Counted from the first letter of the stretch, positions 33,898-43,263 are shown. The stretch is DNA of 64,000 bases from Pedobacter sp. (GCA_050253415.1 JBFWJC010000001.1:224001-288000); one strand, 5' to 3'. Numbers and translations: made by a program. Notes: generated from the letters alone by a model not told the origin.

Positions 33898-35607
33898 TTA
33901 TTTGACCAATGGGAAGACCAGTAATTGGCTTCCGCCATCCTCGCCGAACACCGACCCGGCTTGGGTAGCCACCATCATTACGCGTTTCTGGTCCAGGGTA
34001 AGTCCTTGCAGCGGAAGATCGAGTTCTTCGCCCAGTGTGCCTTTGACAAACATGCCATCACGGAATTTAACCACAGCCAGCCAGCTTTTGCTGACGTTGG
34101 CGGAGATGCCGGGGGCGGACATCAAAGAGGATTCAGAGGCGACGGAAAGCAGTTCAGGGCTGCCATCGTTGTCAAGATCCACGGCGATAGGGGGCACTTC
34201 AAATGCCGCGAAGTGGGTCTTGGTTTCGCGGGCGTTGGGCTGCTCCTCAAACATGATGCGGGACACGGAACCGCCCATCATTTTAGGCGATTTGTAGCGT
34301 TGCTTGTCCCCGGAATAGACGTACATCAGACCGTCGCGAACAAAAACGGTTTCAGGTTTACGGTCACCGTCGAGGTCGGCCATCAAGCTGCCTCCAACAG
34401 TGAATCGGCGGGGCAGATCGAAGGATATTTTGCGGGTTTCCAGTTTGCCGCTTTGCAGCTGCAGTTCCCGCACGATAGTTCCCCAGAAGGTTTCGCGATC
34501 AAAGTTTTGTGCCAGTAGCAGTTCTCTGCTCCCATTGCCGTCGCGGTCGAAGGTCCCGAGAGTGTAAGGTAAAAATTTGTCGACAGCGGTAAACATTCCG
34601 TTTTCATAACGGTAAACCGAGGAGCTCAGACCGGTTTCTTTCCAGGCCGAAACGGCCAGATAGAGCTCGCCGTCAGCCGGTTGCCACCAATGCAAAGCAA
34701 GGATCTGCGGCACGGTCTCAGGTTTGAATTCCGTAACGGGAACAAGGTTATCCCCGGCTTTGAATAGTTTGATAACAGTGCCGTCGGTGGCGGCCATCAG
34801 CAGGTCGTTGCCCGAGCGTACAAAATCTGCCATCACGGCGGGAAAACCGAGCCCTCCAGGGGTCTGGAAACCAGGCATGGTCATGTCGTATTGAACGCCA
34901 TGAACGCTAGCGACAGGTTTCGCCGGGGTTTCAAGGCGGTAGGGGGCTGCGGGAGCTGCCGGAGCTGCAGTTTGCAGGGATGCAGAAACGGCAGGCAGAA
35001 GTTCGGTGGGTAGCGGATAGGCACGAACTACCGTGAACTTGGCGTCGCGCACGGTGATACCATCGCGGCCGGCTACGATAAACAGGTCGGCGGAAGCGGC
35101 ACCTGCTGCAGTAGGTTTTGCCGGTTTTTCTGCTTGCGCGGCGGCAAAATCCTGCCAGTCAAGGGCTGGAAGTTCGGTTTTGAGGGAGCTGTAAAAGCCT
35201 TCGGCTTTGCCAGTATAATCCCAAAACGCGGTACGTAAACCATCGTAGCGGCGGATGCTGTCGCCACGCTTGATGGCAGCTTTGCTGGTCACCGGCTTGG
35301 TGTGGGAAAAGCCTTCCTTGATCTGGGTTACCTGCAATACCCCTTTGCTGGAATCGAGGGTGCCGATGACTTTGCCGGTAACCGGATGGATGATCTTTTC
35401 CCCCGGTTGAACCACGCTAAAAAGGTCCCCCACTACCAGGCCTTTAGTGGCATCCAGATCTATCAGGTACTCATCTTGTACCGGCAGTACGACATAGCCC
35501 GGTATCGGTTGCAGGTCTCCAACCATATCCTCCAGGGTCCCGGCCGGGGCAGTTCCGACCGCCACCAGCAGCAGAGCCACCAACCATACACTAACTTTGG
35601 AAATCAA
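33898..35607 (-). CDS. Exported FG-GAP/VCBS-repeat protein with N-terminal FlgT-C-like segment
   Basis: Signal peptide; YLIDL..GLVVGD.F.V...GE.I.HP.TG..IG; DRDGNG, DLDGDRKPE, DLDNDGSPE repeats. Confidence 0.75.
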   Translation of the reverse strand: MISKVSVWLVALLLVAVGTAPAGTLEDMVGDLQPIPGYVVLPVQDEYLIDLDATKGLVVGDLFSVVQPGEKIIHPVTGKVIGTLDSSKGVLQVTQIKEGFSHTKPVTSKAAIKRGDSIRRYDGLRTAFWDYTGKAEGFYSSLKTELPALDWQDFAAAQAEKPAKPTAAGAASADLFIVAGRDGITVRDAKFTVVRAYPLPTELLPAVSASLQTAAPAAPAAPYRLETPAKPVASVHGVQYDMTMPGFQTPGGLGFPAVMADFVRSGNDLLMAATDGTVIKLFKAGDNLVPVTEFKPETVPQILALHWWQPADGELYLAVSAWKETGLSSSVYRYENGMFTAVDKFLPYTLGTFDRDGNGSRELLLAQNFDRETFWGTIVRELQLQSGKLETRKISFDLPRRFTVGGSLMADLDGDRKPETVFVRDGLMYVYSGDKQRYKSPKMMGGSVSRIMFEEQPNARETKTHFAAFEVPPIAVDLDNDGSPELLSVASESSLMSAPGISANVSKSWLAVVKFRDGMFVKGTLGEELDLPLQGLTLDQKRVMMVATQAGSVFGEDGGSQLLVFPLVK

Positions 35608-35664
35608 GGCAAAAACCTCCTATCAAGCGGTGCGTGAAAGAGTCACATCGATTGCCCGACCGGC

Positions 35665-35695
35665 AAACAAAAGGGGCCGGGCAAAGCCCGGCCCC
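35665..35695 (-). terminator. Intrinsic terminator after beta-barrel gene 1
   Basis: GGGGCCGGGC-ttt-GCCCGGCCCC-TTTTGTTT on the minus strand. Confidence 0.8.
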
Positions 35696-35724
35696 AACGT
35701 AACATATCAATAGTTAGGAAACAA

Positions 35725-37077
35725 TTAGAACTTGAATTGGATACGGGCGTCGGTGCGGAATACATCGTCGCCATTACCGTCGGAAGCCATTGCTTCCCAA
35801 GCATCACCAGCCACCAGGTAACCGGCATTGATATCGGCGGTCAGACCTTTCATGATGGTGTAGCTGGCGCCAACCACAAATTCATGACCGATTTCGTCGT
35901 CTCCGAGACGAGAATCTTCGGCGGTGTTGTGCCAGAAGTACTTGGCCCAGAGTTTGGTTTTAGCATTCAGCTTGTGCGCAGCGCCGACGTAGATCAACTG
36001 GTAGCCCTGGTCGAGTACGTAAGGAGCCTGGCTGAAAGAGTTGTCATCGCAGTAGTTGTCGAAGATGATGACCGAGCCGAGGATCGAGGTAGCGATATCG
36101 ATTACGTCGAAGTTTTCGACATCACTGTCGCTATCGTCGTCGTCGCCGGAAGCATACAAGCCACCAAGGGTGAAGGTGTTTTTGCCAACAGTATAATCGA
36201 GCTGACCATGGAACAGGTAAGCATCGCGATCGAGGGACTCGCCATCGACCTCAACTTCGCCGGTCAGATACATACCGGTGAACATACCGGAAAGGTTGTT
36301 CCACTTTCCCTTGCCAGCCAGACCGAGCCAGATTTCCTCATCCTGAAGGGTAAAGGTCTCGCCGAAAACAGGCTCCTTGCCCTGATCCATGTACACGAGG
36401 AAGGCATTCAGGCTGTTTCCGCCTTCGAAAACATAGGTGAGATCCGCGGCATATGCGTCATCATACTGGGATTTGTTTACAGAGGGGTCTGCATCTTTGG
36501 AATCGGAGCTGGTGTTCCAGTCGTTACGGAACCAGCCCAGCGAATATGCCCAGTTGTTTTCTTTACGGGTCCACTTGACGCCGCCAGCATTGTCGGACCA
36601 CAGCAGGGCGTTGTAACCGACGGGCTGCAGGCCGACGGTCAAGCGGGAAGCCGGATCGAAGGGCAGTTCGAGTTCGGTGTAGGCCCAGCGCAGTTCAAAT
36701 ACGTTGTCGTCACCGCCGAAGTCCGCACCTTTGCCACCGAATTTGGAAGAACCGAATTCAAAACCGACGACGCCTTTGACTTTTTTCTCATCATCGGACA
36801 CGGTCAGGTCCATGCGGTACTTCAGTTCGCCGAAGAAATCGCTGTCATTTTTGTTTTTCTTGGTGTCGGGCAAGGTAATATTACCCTGAGAAAGCAGGGC
36901 GCCGCCTGCACCGATGTATTTTTCACTGTCTTTGATGCTACGTACCGAGGTATCCGCCTGGGTGCTGTAGGAAAAACGGTTGTTGAAGTCGCCATGCCAT
37001 TCGACGTTGATCGCCAGGGCGGGAGTCGCCATGGCCAGGGCGATCAAGATCGCCATTGCAAGTTTGAACTGTTTCAC
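35725..37077 (-). CDS. Outer-membrane beta-barrel (porin-like) protein 1
   Basis: GTG at 37077 with GGAAGGAGA RBS, signal peptide ..ATPALA, amphipathic strands, C-terminal ARIQFKF (Bam signal). Confidence 0.85.
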   Translation of the reverse strand: MKQFKLAMAILIALAMATPALAINVEWHGDFNNRFSYSTQADTSVRSIKDSEKYIGAGGALLSQGNITLPDTKKNKNDSDFFGELKYRMDLTVSDDEKKVKGVVGFEFGSSKFGGKGADFGGDDNVFELRWAYTELELPFDPASRLTVGLQPVGYNALLWSDNAGGVKWTRKENNWAYSLGWFRNDWNTSSDSKDADPSVNKSQYDDAYAADLTYVFEGGNSLNAFLVYMDQGKEPVFGETFTLQDEEIWLGLAGKGKWNNLSGMFTGMYLTGEVEVDGESLDRDAYLFHGQLDYTVGKNTFTLGGLYASGDDDDSDSDVENFDVIDIATSILGSVIIFDNYCDDNSFSQAPYVLDQGYQLIYVGAAHKLNAKTKLWAKYFWHNTAEDSRLGDDEIGHEFVVGASYTIMKGLTADINAGYLVAGDAWEAMASDGNGDDVFRTDARIQFKF

Positions 37078-37252
37078 GGTTGTTGTCTCCTTCCATCTGA
37101 AAAAAAGAAATGCCAATGTTGTGCACGAGGCGCTCATGCCTCGACACAAATATTGATTGGGGGGAAAGCACCTGCTTTCTGATACCCCGGGGTGGTTCCA
37201 GTCAGGCCGTACCCCTTCTCTGGTGATCCGGCCGTGTTAGCTGACGATTAGG

Positions 37253-37296
37253 TTTTCAGTTATTTTCAAGTCCATTGCATTGAAAATAACTGAAAA
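37253..37296. repeat. Perfect 17-bp inverted repeat, 10-nt loop
   Basis: TTTTCAGTTATTTTCAA-gtccattgca-TTGAAAATAACTGAAAA. Confidence 0.9.
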
Positions 37297-37329
37297 GGAC
37301 TTCCTCGCGTCTTTCAACATTTGTGCCAA

Positions 37330-37353
37330 CGCTATATCTAGTCGTATACATCG
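37330..37353. promoter_or_regulatory. ModE-type operator
   Basis: CGCTATATC-N6-TATACATCG versus the ModE consensus CGnTATATA-N6-TATATAnCG. Confidence 0.7.
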
Positions 37354-37479
37354 GCGATGTTGCAAAATATAGGAAAATACTGGACTTGGGCTTGGCTTTG
37401 AACTTAAGGCATTGTGTCGACACTGCCACAGTGTGTATCGTTATGCAACAGAGTATCGAACGATGCGACGCTTATTTTC

Positions 37480-37992
37480 TCAGGGGGGAGCCGGTTGCTG
37501 GTCAACGAGCTTTTGCAGAATGCCGGTGATTTCGGCGCCGTCAAGTCCGAGGGTATCCTGAACGATCCGTCCAGAACGGTCCAGAATTAACAACCTGGGG
37601 ATAGGGTAGACACGATAAGCGCGATGTACCTGTCCATCATCGAGCAGCGCTTCAAAGGAGGTAGGTAGTTTTTTGTCTTTCAGATAGTTACGTACCGTTT
37701 TAGCCGGTTCCTGAACAAAAACATCCACAACGGGGATCCGGTTGTCGTCAAGAAACTGTTTGATTTGTGATAGTTCAGACAGTTGTGCCTTGCATCCAGG
37801 ACACCAGGTTGTGCCGATAGCCAACACGACCAGACTGCCCTGGAAATCCTTCAGACGGATGGTTTTGCCGGCTATATTCTGCAACTTGAAGTCGGGGGCG
37901 ATATCTCCAGCGGGGAGTTGGCACAGGGCCGGCGTGGTGATACAAACGATCAAAATCCACGAAAGAAGGACATATCTCAACGCTGTTTTCAT
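37480..37992 (-). CDS. TlpA/ResA-like thiol-disulfide oxidoreductase
   Basis: APDFKL, TWCPGC, YPIP..ILD..G; N-terminal signal. Confidence 0.85.
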   Translation of the reverse strand: MKTALRYVLLSWILIVCITTPALCQLPAGDIAPDFKLQNIAGKTIRLKDFQGSLVVLAIGTTWCPGCKAQLSELSQIKQFLDDNRIPVVDVFVQEPAKTVRNYLKDKKLPTSFEALLDDGQVHRAYRVYPIPRLLILDRSGRIVQDTLGLDGAEITGILQKLVDQQPAPP

Positions 37993-38247
37993 GTTTTCTC
38001 CTCAGTCGAAACATTGCCTTAAAAGAAAAACGTTCGATTATTTGGTTATTGATCAAGATTAGTCAAGGTAAAATTTAAAATTGCATTTTATAGCCGATGT
38101 GCTGTTGCACTCCTCCGCCTATGTCTGGGTATACCCTCCTTCTCTTTGGTGACCCCGCAAACGTTGACTTTCCAAGGGTAATCCACTACTTTTAGCTGGT
38201 ATCAAATACGCTTCGGGACCGACTTTCGCCTTTGGGTCCGATTTTAT

Positions 38248-39378
38248 ATGGTATTGACCATGAGGCGTTTATCCACCACTCAGGAAGGAACCAACTACTT
38301 GTCTCCCACTACCTTTGATTTTCCCCTTGGCATCAGCCCATGGGCCAGTGAAAGGCGTCGTCTGCGTCGGCTGCAGGAGGGGTATACTTTTAATCTACTG
38401 GAAAACTCCAGTGATTCGTACCGATTCACCGTTATGCCGGGAGTTGGCAAGATAGAAAAGCTGTTTCATGCCTTTGCCGCGGCCATGCCTGACGAGTGTT
38501 TTTTTATCCTGGAATACTATGCCGATGAGGAAGAGCAGCCGTCCGAGGAAAGTGCCGAGCCCTTGCTCTTTTACTCTCCCTACATGCCCAAAGAGGAAAT
38601 CCTTGACGCATTGCAGCCCTATTTTTCCCGTTTGGCGCACGACGGTTTTGTCGGTTTCGGTTTGGCCAACAACCAAGTCGGCATGGAGTTGTTTTATTCC
38701 GAAGAGAAGGTTGTAACCTGTTTCACGTGTAACCATATCCGGGTTATGGATACTCTCGGACGCTGTGGTTTGACCTATAATGCAGAGCAGCTTTTTACCT
38801 CAGACCTGGGGCATGACCATTTGTCGTTGCTTTGTTATCGCCCGCAGACCTTGCCACCGGAGTTAGCTCCTTTCAAAGAGCAGGACCTCGACTACCTTTG
38901 TTTTTGTCGTGAGATTACCGAGATGCTGGAGATGTATCCGGTAGAGGATGACCTGTCATTCTTTCTATCGCAAAAAGAGCAGCAGCTTATCGCCCTGCGC
39001 CTAAGTCAGCATGTTGAATTTTCAGGTTTTGCCGACGAGGAATTCGGTGATCTGTTGTTGAGTTGGAGTGATTTCGTCCAGGAGTGTGAAGCCGGATTTG
39101 AAGGCAATCTGGAGGATTATCACGATGGTCTGCGGCTGCGGGATCTGATCCAGTATGTTATCGAAGGTGTTCCGCCATTGCTGGCGCAAAAGCTTACCGA
39201 GGTGGTGGCTGATTCGGACCGGCGGCTTAGCCATAACCTTATAGACTGCCGAAAACGCCTGGATGCCCCCCAGAATCTGCCGCTTCGTGATGATCGTTTC
39301 TGGTATCGCGGTATGGTCAGCAAGCAGGGTGTCGTGTTGCGCCGTGATCTGATTCGTCAGGGTTGGTTTCAACCATGA
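38248..39378 (+). CDS. Hypothetical protein (acidic, 376 aa)
   Basis: Long ORF with host-like codon use, directly upstream of mqnB-mqnD; no family recognised. Confidence 0.75.
   Translation: MVLTMRRLSTTQEGTNYLSPTTFDFPLGISPWASERRRLRRLQEGYTFNLLENSSDSYRFTVMPGVGKIEKLFHAFAAAMPDECFFILEYYADEEEQPSEESAEPLLFYSPYMPKEEILDALQPYFSRLAHDGFVGFGLANNQVGMELFYSEEKVVTCFTCNHIRVMDTLGRCGLTYNAEQLFTSDLGHDHLSLLCYRPQTLPPELAPFKEQDLDYLCFCREITEMLEMYPVEDDLSFFLSQKEQQLIALRLSQHVEFSGFADEEFGDLLLSWSDFVQECEAGFEGNLEDYHDGLRLRDLIQYVIEGVPPLLAQKLTEVVADSDRRLSHNLIDCRKRLDAPQNLPLRDDRFWYRGMVSKQGVVLRRDLIRQGWFQP
38719..38734. promoter_or_regulatory. Second, degenerate parS-like site (intragenic)
   Basis: TGTTTCACGTGTAACC, 2 mismatches to the perfect parS at 16775. 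Confidence 0.55.
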
Positions 39379-39418
39379 TACGGGATTTCCTATGCAACCC
39401 GCTCGGGTGGGGGGCTCC

Positions 39419-40165
39419 ATGGTTGCGATTGTAGCAGCAGTGCCGGATGAGACATGGATGTTTCGCCGCAGGTTGTTCCCCTGCGAGGTGCGGCGCTGCG
39501 GCCGTCGCGATCTCTACTGCGGGAGCATGTTTGGCCACAAGGTCGTGGTTCTTCACACCGGGGTCGGTAAGATCAACGCGGCCTCGGCGGTTACCGCGTT
39601 GCTTGAGTATTATACCCCCGAGACTTTGATTATCACCGGTTGTTGCGGTGCTTATGCCGACCAGGGCTTGAGCAAAGGCGACCTGGTGCTCGCCACGGAA
39701 GAGATATGTGCCGATGAGGGTGTGCTGACTCCGGAGGGATTTCGGGATTTTGCCACCTTGGGTTTTACCCTGCTGCGCAATAAAAGCATCGGCCTGCAGA
39801 ATCGCTTCTTTGTTGATGCAAAGCTGCAGGAAAGTGCCCGTACCCACCTGGAACGGTTTTCCCGGGAAGAAGGTCTGCACCTCGGGGTTGGTCCACTGGT
39901 GACGGTCTCCACGTGTTCGGGCACATCGCAGTCCGGTCTGGATATGCAGGCCCGTACCGGTGGGCTCGGCGAGAACATGGAAGGCGCTGCCGTGGCGCAG
40001 GTCTGCCAGCAGTACAAGGTGCCGTTCCTGGAAATTCGTGGGATTTCCAATATGGTCGAAGACCGGAATTTGCAGAACTGGGATCTTGCAGGCGCCGCCG
40101 AAAACGCTCAGCAGGCCCTGGTGGCCTTGCTGCGCAGCTGGTTTGCGCCGGTTTTATTGGCCTGA
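39419..40165 (+). CDS. mqnB: Futalosine hydrolase
   Basis: TGVGKINAA, TVSTCSGT, ENMEGAAVA, EIRGISN.V..R; adjacent to mqnD. Confidence 0.88.
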   Translation: MVAIVAAVPDETWMFRRRLFPCEVRRCGRRDLYCGSMFGHKVVVLHTGVGKINAASAVTALLEYYTPETLIITGCCGAYADQGLSKGDLVLATEEICADEGVLTPEGFRDFATLGFTLLRNKSIGLQNRFFVDAKLQESARTHLERFSREEGLHLGVGPLVTVSTCSGTSQSGLDMQARTGGLGENMEGAAVAQVCQQYKVPFLEIRGISNMVEDRNLQNWDLAGAAENAQQALVALLRSWFAPVLLA

Positions 40166-40995
40166 TGCGGTACCTTTCTCTGGGGATATCTCCTTGCCCC
40201 AATGACACGGCCATTTTTTATGGATTGATCAGCGGCCATGTTTCCCTGCCAGGGATCTCCTTACGTCTGCGCATCGAAGATGTGGACACTCTCAACCGCC
40301 TTGCGGCCGCCCGTTCCCTCGATATCACCAAAATTTCCCTGCATGCTTACGGTCATCTGCGACAGGATTATGTATTGTTGCGTTGTGGCGCGGCGCTTGG
40401 CCGCGGTTGTGGTCCATTGGTGGTGGCGCGTGAGCCGCTTGTCCCCGAATGTCTGCAAGGCATGCGTATCGCAGTTCCGGGCCGCTTGACCACGGCAAGT
40501 CTATTGTTGCAGATGTACGGGGTTGCACCGTCATGTCTGGAAGAAATGCCTTTTCATGCCATCGAGGCGGCTGTTGCCAGCGGGAAGGTGGATGCAGGCG
40601 TGCTTATTCATGAAGCGCGCTTTACGTGTGAAAGCCGGGGGTTGGTAAAAGTGCTGGATCTTGGCATCTGGTGGGAGGCGCTTACCGGTTTGCCTTTGCC
40701 ATTGGGCGGAATTGTGGCAAAGCGGTGTCTCGGGCGCCCTACCCTGGAGCTTGTCGAGCAGGCTATAGGCCGCAGTATCGATAGCTTGCATGCCGCGCCA
40801 GCTGCGGCGCGGGACTTTATTCGCAGTCATGCCCAGGAATCCGACGATGCGGTCCTCGATGGCCATATAGGTCTGTATGTGAATGAATTTACGCGTCACT
40901 TGGGGGCAGATGGCGAAGCTGCGGTCGCAGAGTTTTTTGCCCGGGCCGAGGCCAATGGATTGCTGCCCCCCTGCCCCGTCGGATTGTTCGGATGA
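40165..40995 (+). CDS. mqnD: 1,4-dihydroxy-6-naphthoate synthase
   Basis: SPCPNDT, G.ALGRGCGP, IHE.RFT, LPLPLG, HI.LYVNEF. Confidence 0.92.
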   Translation: MRYLSLGISPCPNDTAIFYGLISGHVSLPGISLRLRIEDVDTLNRLAAARSLDITKISLHAYGHLRQDYVLLRCGAALGRGCGPLVVAREPLVPECLQGMRIAVPGRLTTASLLLQMYGVAPSCLEEMPFHAIEAAVASGKVDAGVLIHEARFTCESRGLVKVLDLGIWWEALTGLPLPLGGIVAKRCLGRPTLELVEQAIGRSIDSLHAAPAAARDFIRSHAQESDDAVLDGHIGLYVNEFTRHLGADGEAAVAEFFARAEANGLLPPCPVGLFG

Positions 40996-41052
40996 TATCG
41001 GTATCGAATGCGTATTTTGTTTGCGGGAATAAGCAGGTTTTCCCAGCCTACG

Positions 41053-41086
41053 AAAAAAGCGGCCCCTTTGGGAGGCCGCTTTTTTT
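41053..41086. terminator. Bidirectional intrinsic terminator
   Basis: AAAAAAGCGGCC..GGCCGCTTTTTTT between convergent mqnD and serA. Confidence 0.85.
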
Positions 41087-41104
41087 ATGAACTGACAGGG
41101 GCGA

Positions 41105-42712
41105 TCAGTCGCCGCAGGTATTGTTCTCCATGTGAATACTGCGGATGAATGCCGCATCGACACTGGCGGAGAGCTGATCGATAACTTTGGCTGGTGCCGG
41201 GGTGTCGAGTGACAGTACCACCATGGCTTCACCGGATTTGGCTCGGCGTCCAAGATTCATGGAGCCGATATTGATGCCGGCTTCACCGAGGATGGTGCCG
41301 ATTTTGCCGATCAGCCCCGGCTTATCCGCATAACTGATCACCAGCATATGTTCTTCGGGCTGAAAGTCGGTGTTGAAATCACGCATTTTGACGATCTTGG
41401 GCAGACCCTCAAAAATTGTTCCGGCCACGGTACGCTTGCCCGCAGGGGTCATCAGTGAGATGGTGATCAGATTCGAGAAAGATTCGGCTTCGGTAGAACA
41501 TACCGTTTCAACGGTGATCCCCATCTGCTCGGCGATGAGCTGCGAGTTGACCATGTTGACATCCTGCTCGGTGGAGCGGTTGAGCAGGGCCGCAAGTCCG
41601 CAGACGGTCAAGGGCGAGCAGTCGTAACGCGCCAGCTTGCCATTGTAGGTAAAAGTCACCTTGCTGGGATTGGCCGGGGCCAATTGCACGATGAACTCGC
41701 CCATCTGCTGAATCAATGACAAAAACGGCTGCATAACCTGCATCAGGTCGGCATCAAACTTGGGAATGTTGACCGCACTTTCAAGGGGCTGGCCGTCAAG
41801 GTAACGGACGATCTCCTTGCTGACATCCACAGCCACGTTTTTTTGTGCCTCGAAGGTGTTGGCCCCCAGGTGGGGGGTGACGACCATAAGCGGATGATCG
41901 ATCAATTGTTTGACCGTTTCCGAGGTGGGAGGTTCTTCGCTGAAAACGTCAAATGCCGCACCCCGTACTTTACCGCTTTGCAGGGCAGCGAGCATGGCCG
42001 CTTCGTTGATAATTTCTCCCCGGGCACAGTTAACGATGATCACGCCGTCCTTCATGGCATCAAAGTGGCGGCCATTGATCATGTCGATGGTTTCCTGGTT
42101 GCGCGGGCAGTGCAGGGTCAGGATGTCCGCATAACGCACGATATCATCCATGCTCACCAGTTTCACGCCCAGGTCTTCACCCCGCTTGGGAGAAATATAG
42201 GGGTCGTAGGCAATGACGTTCATTTCAAAAGCTTTGGCACGTAGAGCCACCCGGCCTCCGACTTTACCCAGACCGATAATGCCGAGGGTTTTGTCTTTGA
42301 GTTCGCAGCCGGTAAAGGGAGCGCGCTTCCATTCTCCCTTTTTGAGGGAGGCGTTGGCAATGGGCACGTTGCGACACAGCGAAAGCATCAGAGCCATGCT
42401 GTGCTCGGCAGCGGAGTTGACGTTGCCGTAGGGCGCATTGACCACGATGATGCCGCGGCTGCTGGCAGCATCGACATCGACATTGTCGATGCCGACCCCT
42501 GCCCGGGCTACGATTTTCAGGTTGCGGCCGTGATCGAGCAAAGCCGCGTCAACCGTGGTGCCGCTGCGGGTGATGATGGCATCGAAACGGCCGACAATGC
42601 GATGCAGTTCTTCAGGGGTAAGTCCCAGGCGCACCTCAAGCTCAATACGTGGGTCATCGAGCAGCGGTTGCAGACCTTCTTGGGAAATTTCGTCGCTAAT
42701 CAGGACCTTCAT
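41105..42712 (-). CDS. serA: D-3-phosphoglycerate dehydrogenase
   Basis: RAGVGIDNVD, GLGKVG, TPHLGA, C-terminal ACT DKPGLIG. Confidence 0.95.
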   Translation of the reverse strand: MKVLISDEISQEGLQPLLDDPRIELEVRLGLTPEELHRIVGRFDAIITRSGTTVDAALLDHGRNLKIVARAGVGIDNVDVDAASSRGIIVVNAPYGNVNSAAEHSMALMLSLCRNVPIANASLKKGEWKRAPFTGCELKDKTLGIIGLGKVGGRVALRAKAFEMNVIAYDPYISPKRGEDLGVKLVSMDDIVRYADILTLHCPRNQETIDMINGRHFDAMKDGVIIVNCARGEIINEAAMLAALQSGKVRGAAFDVFSEEPPTSETVKQLIDHPLMVVTPHLGANTFEAQKNVAVDVSKEIVRYLDGQPLESAVNIPKFDADLMQVMQPFLSLIQQMGEFIVQLAPANPSKVTFTYNGKLARYDCSPLTVCGLAALLNRSTEQDVNMVNSQLIAEQMGITVETVCSTEAESFSNLITISLMTPAGKRTVAGTIFEGLPKIVKMRDFNTDFQPEEHMLVISYADKPGLIGKIGTILGEAGINIGSMNLGRRAKSGEAMVVLSLDTPAPAKVIDQLSASVDAAFIRSIHMENNTCGD

Positions 42713-42922
42713 GGAGATTCCTTGCTGTTAGGGGTTGTGCAACGGGCAGTTGCTCATGAAAGTCCCCCTTCGGGATTCATGCTGCATGTGCACACCCTTG
42801 ATTTTTATCTTATGGAAAATACTGTATTCCTTTCCGATAGATACCCTTGCAGATTATCCTGATACCCGGATCGGATTTTGAGTAGATATGGATCGATAAT
42901 TTTGAAAAAGAGGCAACTATAC

Positions 42923-42963
42923 AAAAAAACGGCCGGCCTTTCAATAAGTAAGAAGGCCGGCCG
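42923..42963 (-). terminator. Intrinsic terminator of the aroF operon
   Basis: CGGCCGGCCTT..AAGGCCGGCCG followed by T7 on the minus strand. Confidence 0.8.
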
Positions 42964-42977
42964 ACAGTTAGGAAAAG

Positions 42978-43238
42978 TTACTTGATGATCTTAAGATGGC
43001 CTGGGCCGGGAGAAGGCGCCGGTGGATCGGGTAGCGGTTCCGGTGTGGCAGCCTCTCCGATAACTGGCAGAGTGCCGTCCTGCAGCATCCTGTCGACGGA
43101 TGCGGCTATGGTCAGGCATTGTTTCATACATACCCGTCGCACCGGGCAGGTGCTGCAATCAGCCTCTCCACCGGCAATACGTAGCGCATGGATGACCAGG
43201 GCAACGCTTTCGGGCTGGGTCAGGGGAATCATAAACAT
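42978..43238 (-). CDS. Small hypothetical protein with 4-Cys motif
   Basis: CSTCPVRRVCMKQC, Pro-rich tail; alternative start at 43274. Confidence 0.7.
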   Translation of the reverse strand: MFMIPLTQPESVALVIHALRIAGGEADCSTCPVRRVCMKQCLTIAASVDRMLQDGTLPVIGEAATPEPLPDPPAPSPGPGHLKIIK

Positions 43239-43263
43239 GTGCGTATCTCCCGGCGTCCGGATC

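Noticed and set aside
35737..37182. 481-aa plus-strand ORF
   Set aside because: Antisense shadow of the strongly codon-biased porin gene; no recognisable motifs.
37480..37992. Possible selenoprotein (CxxU) redoxin
   Set aside because: Both active-site residues are Cys codons in an uninterrupted ORF.
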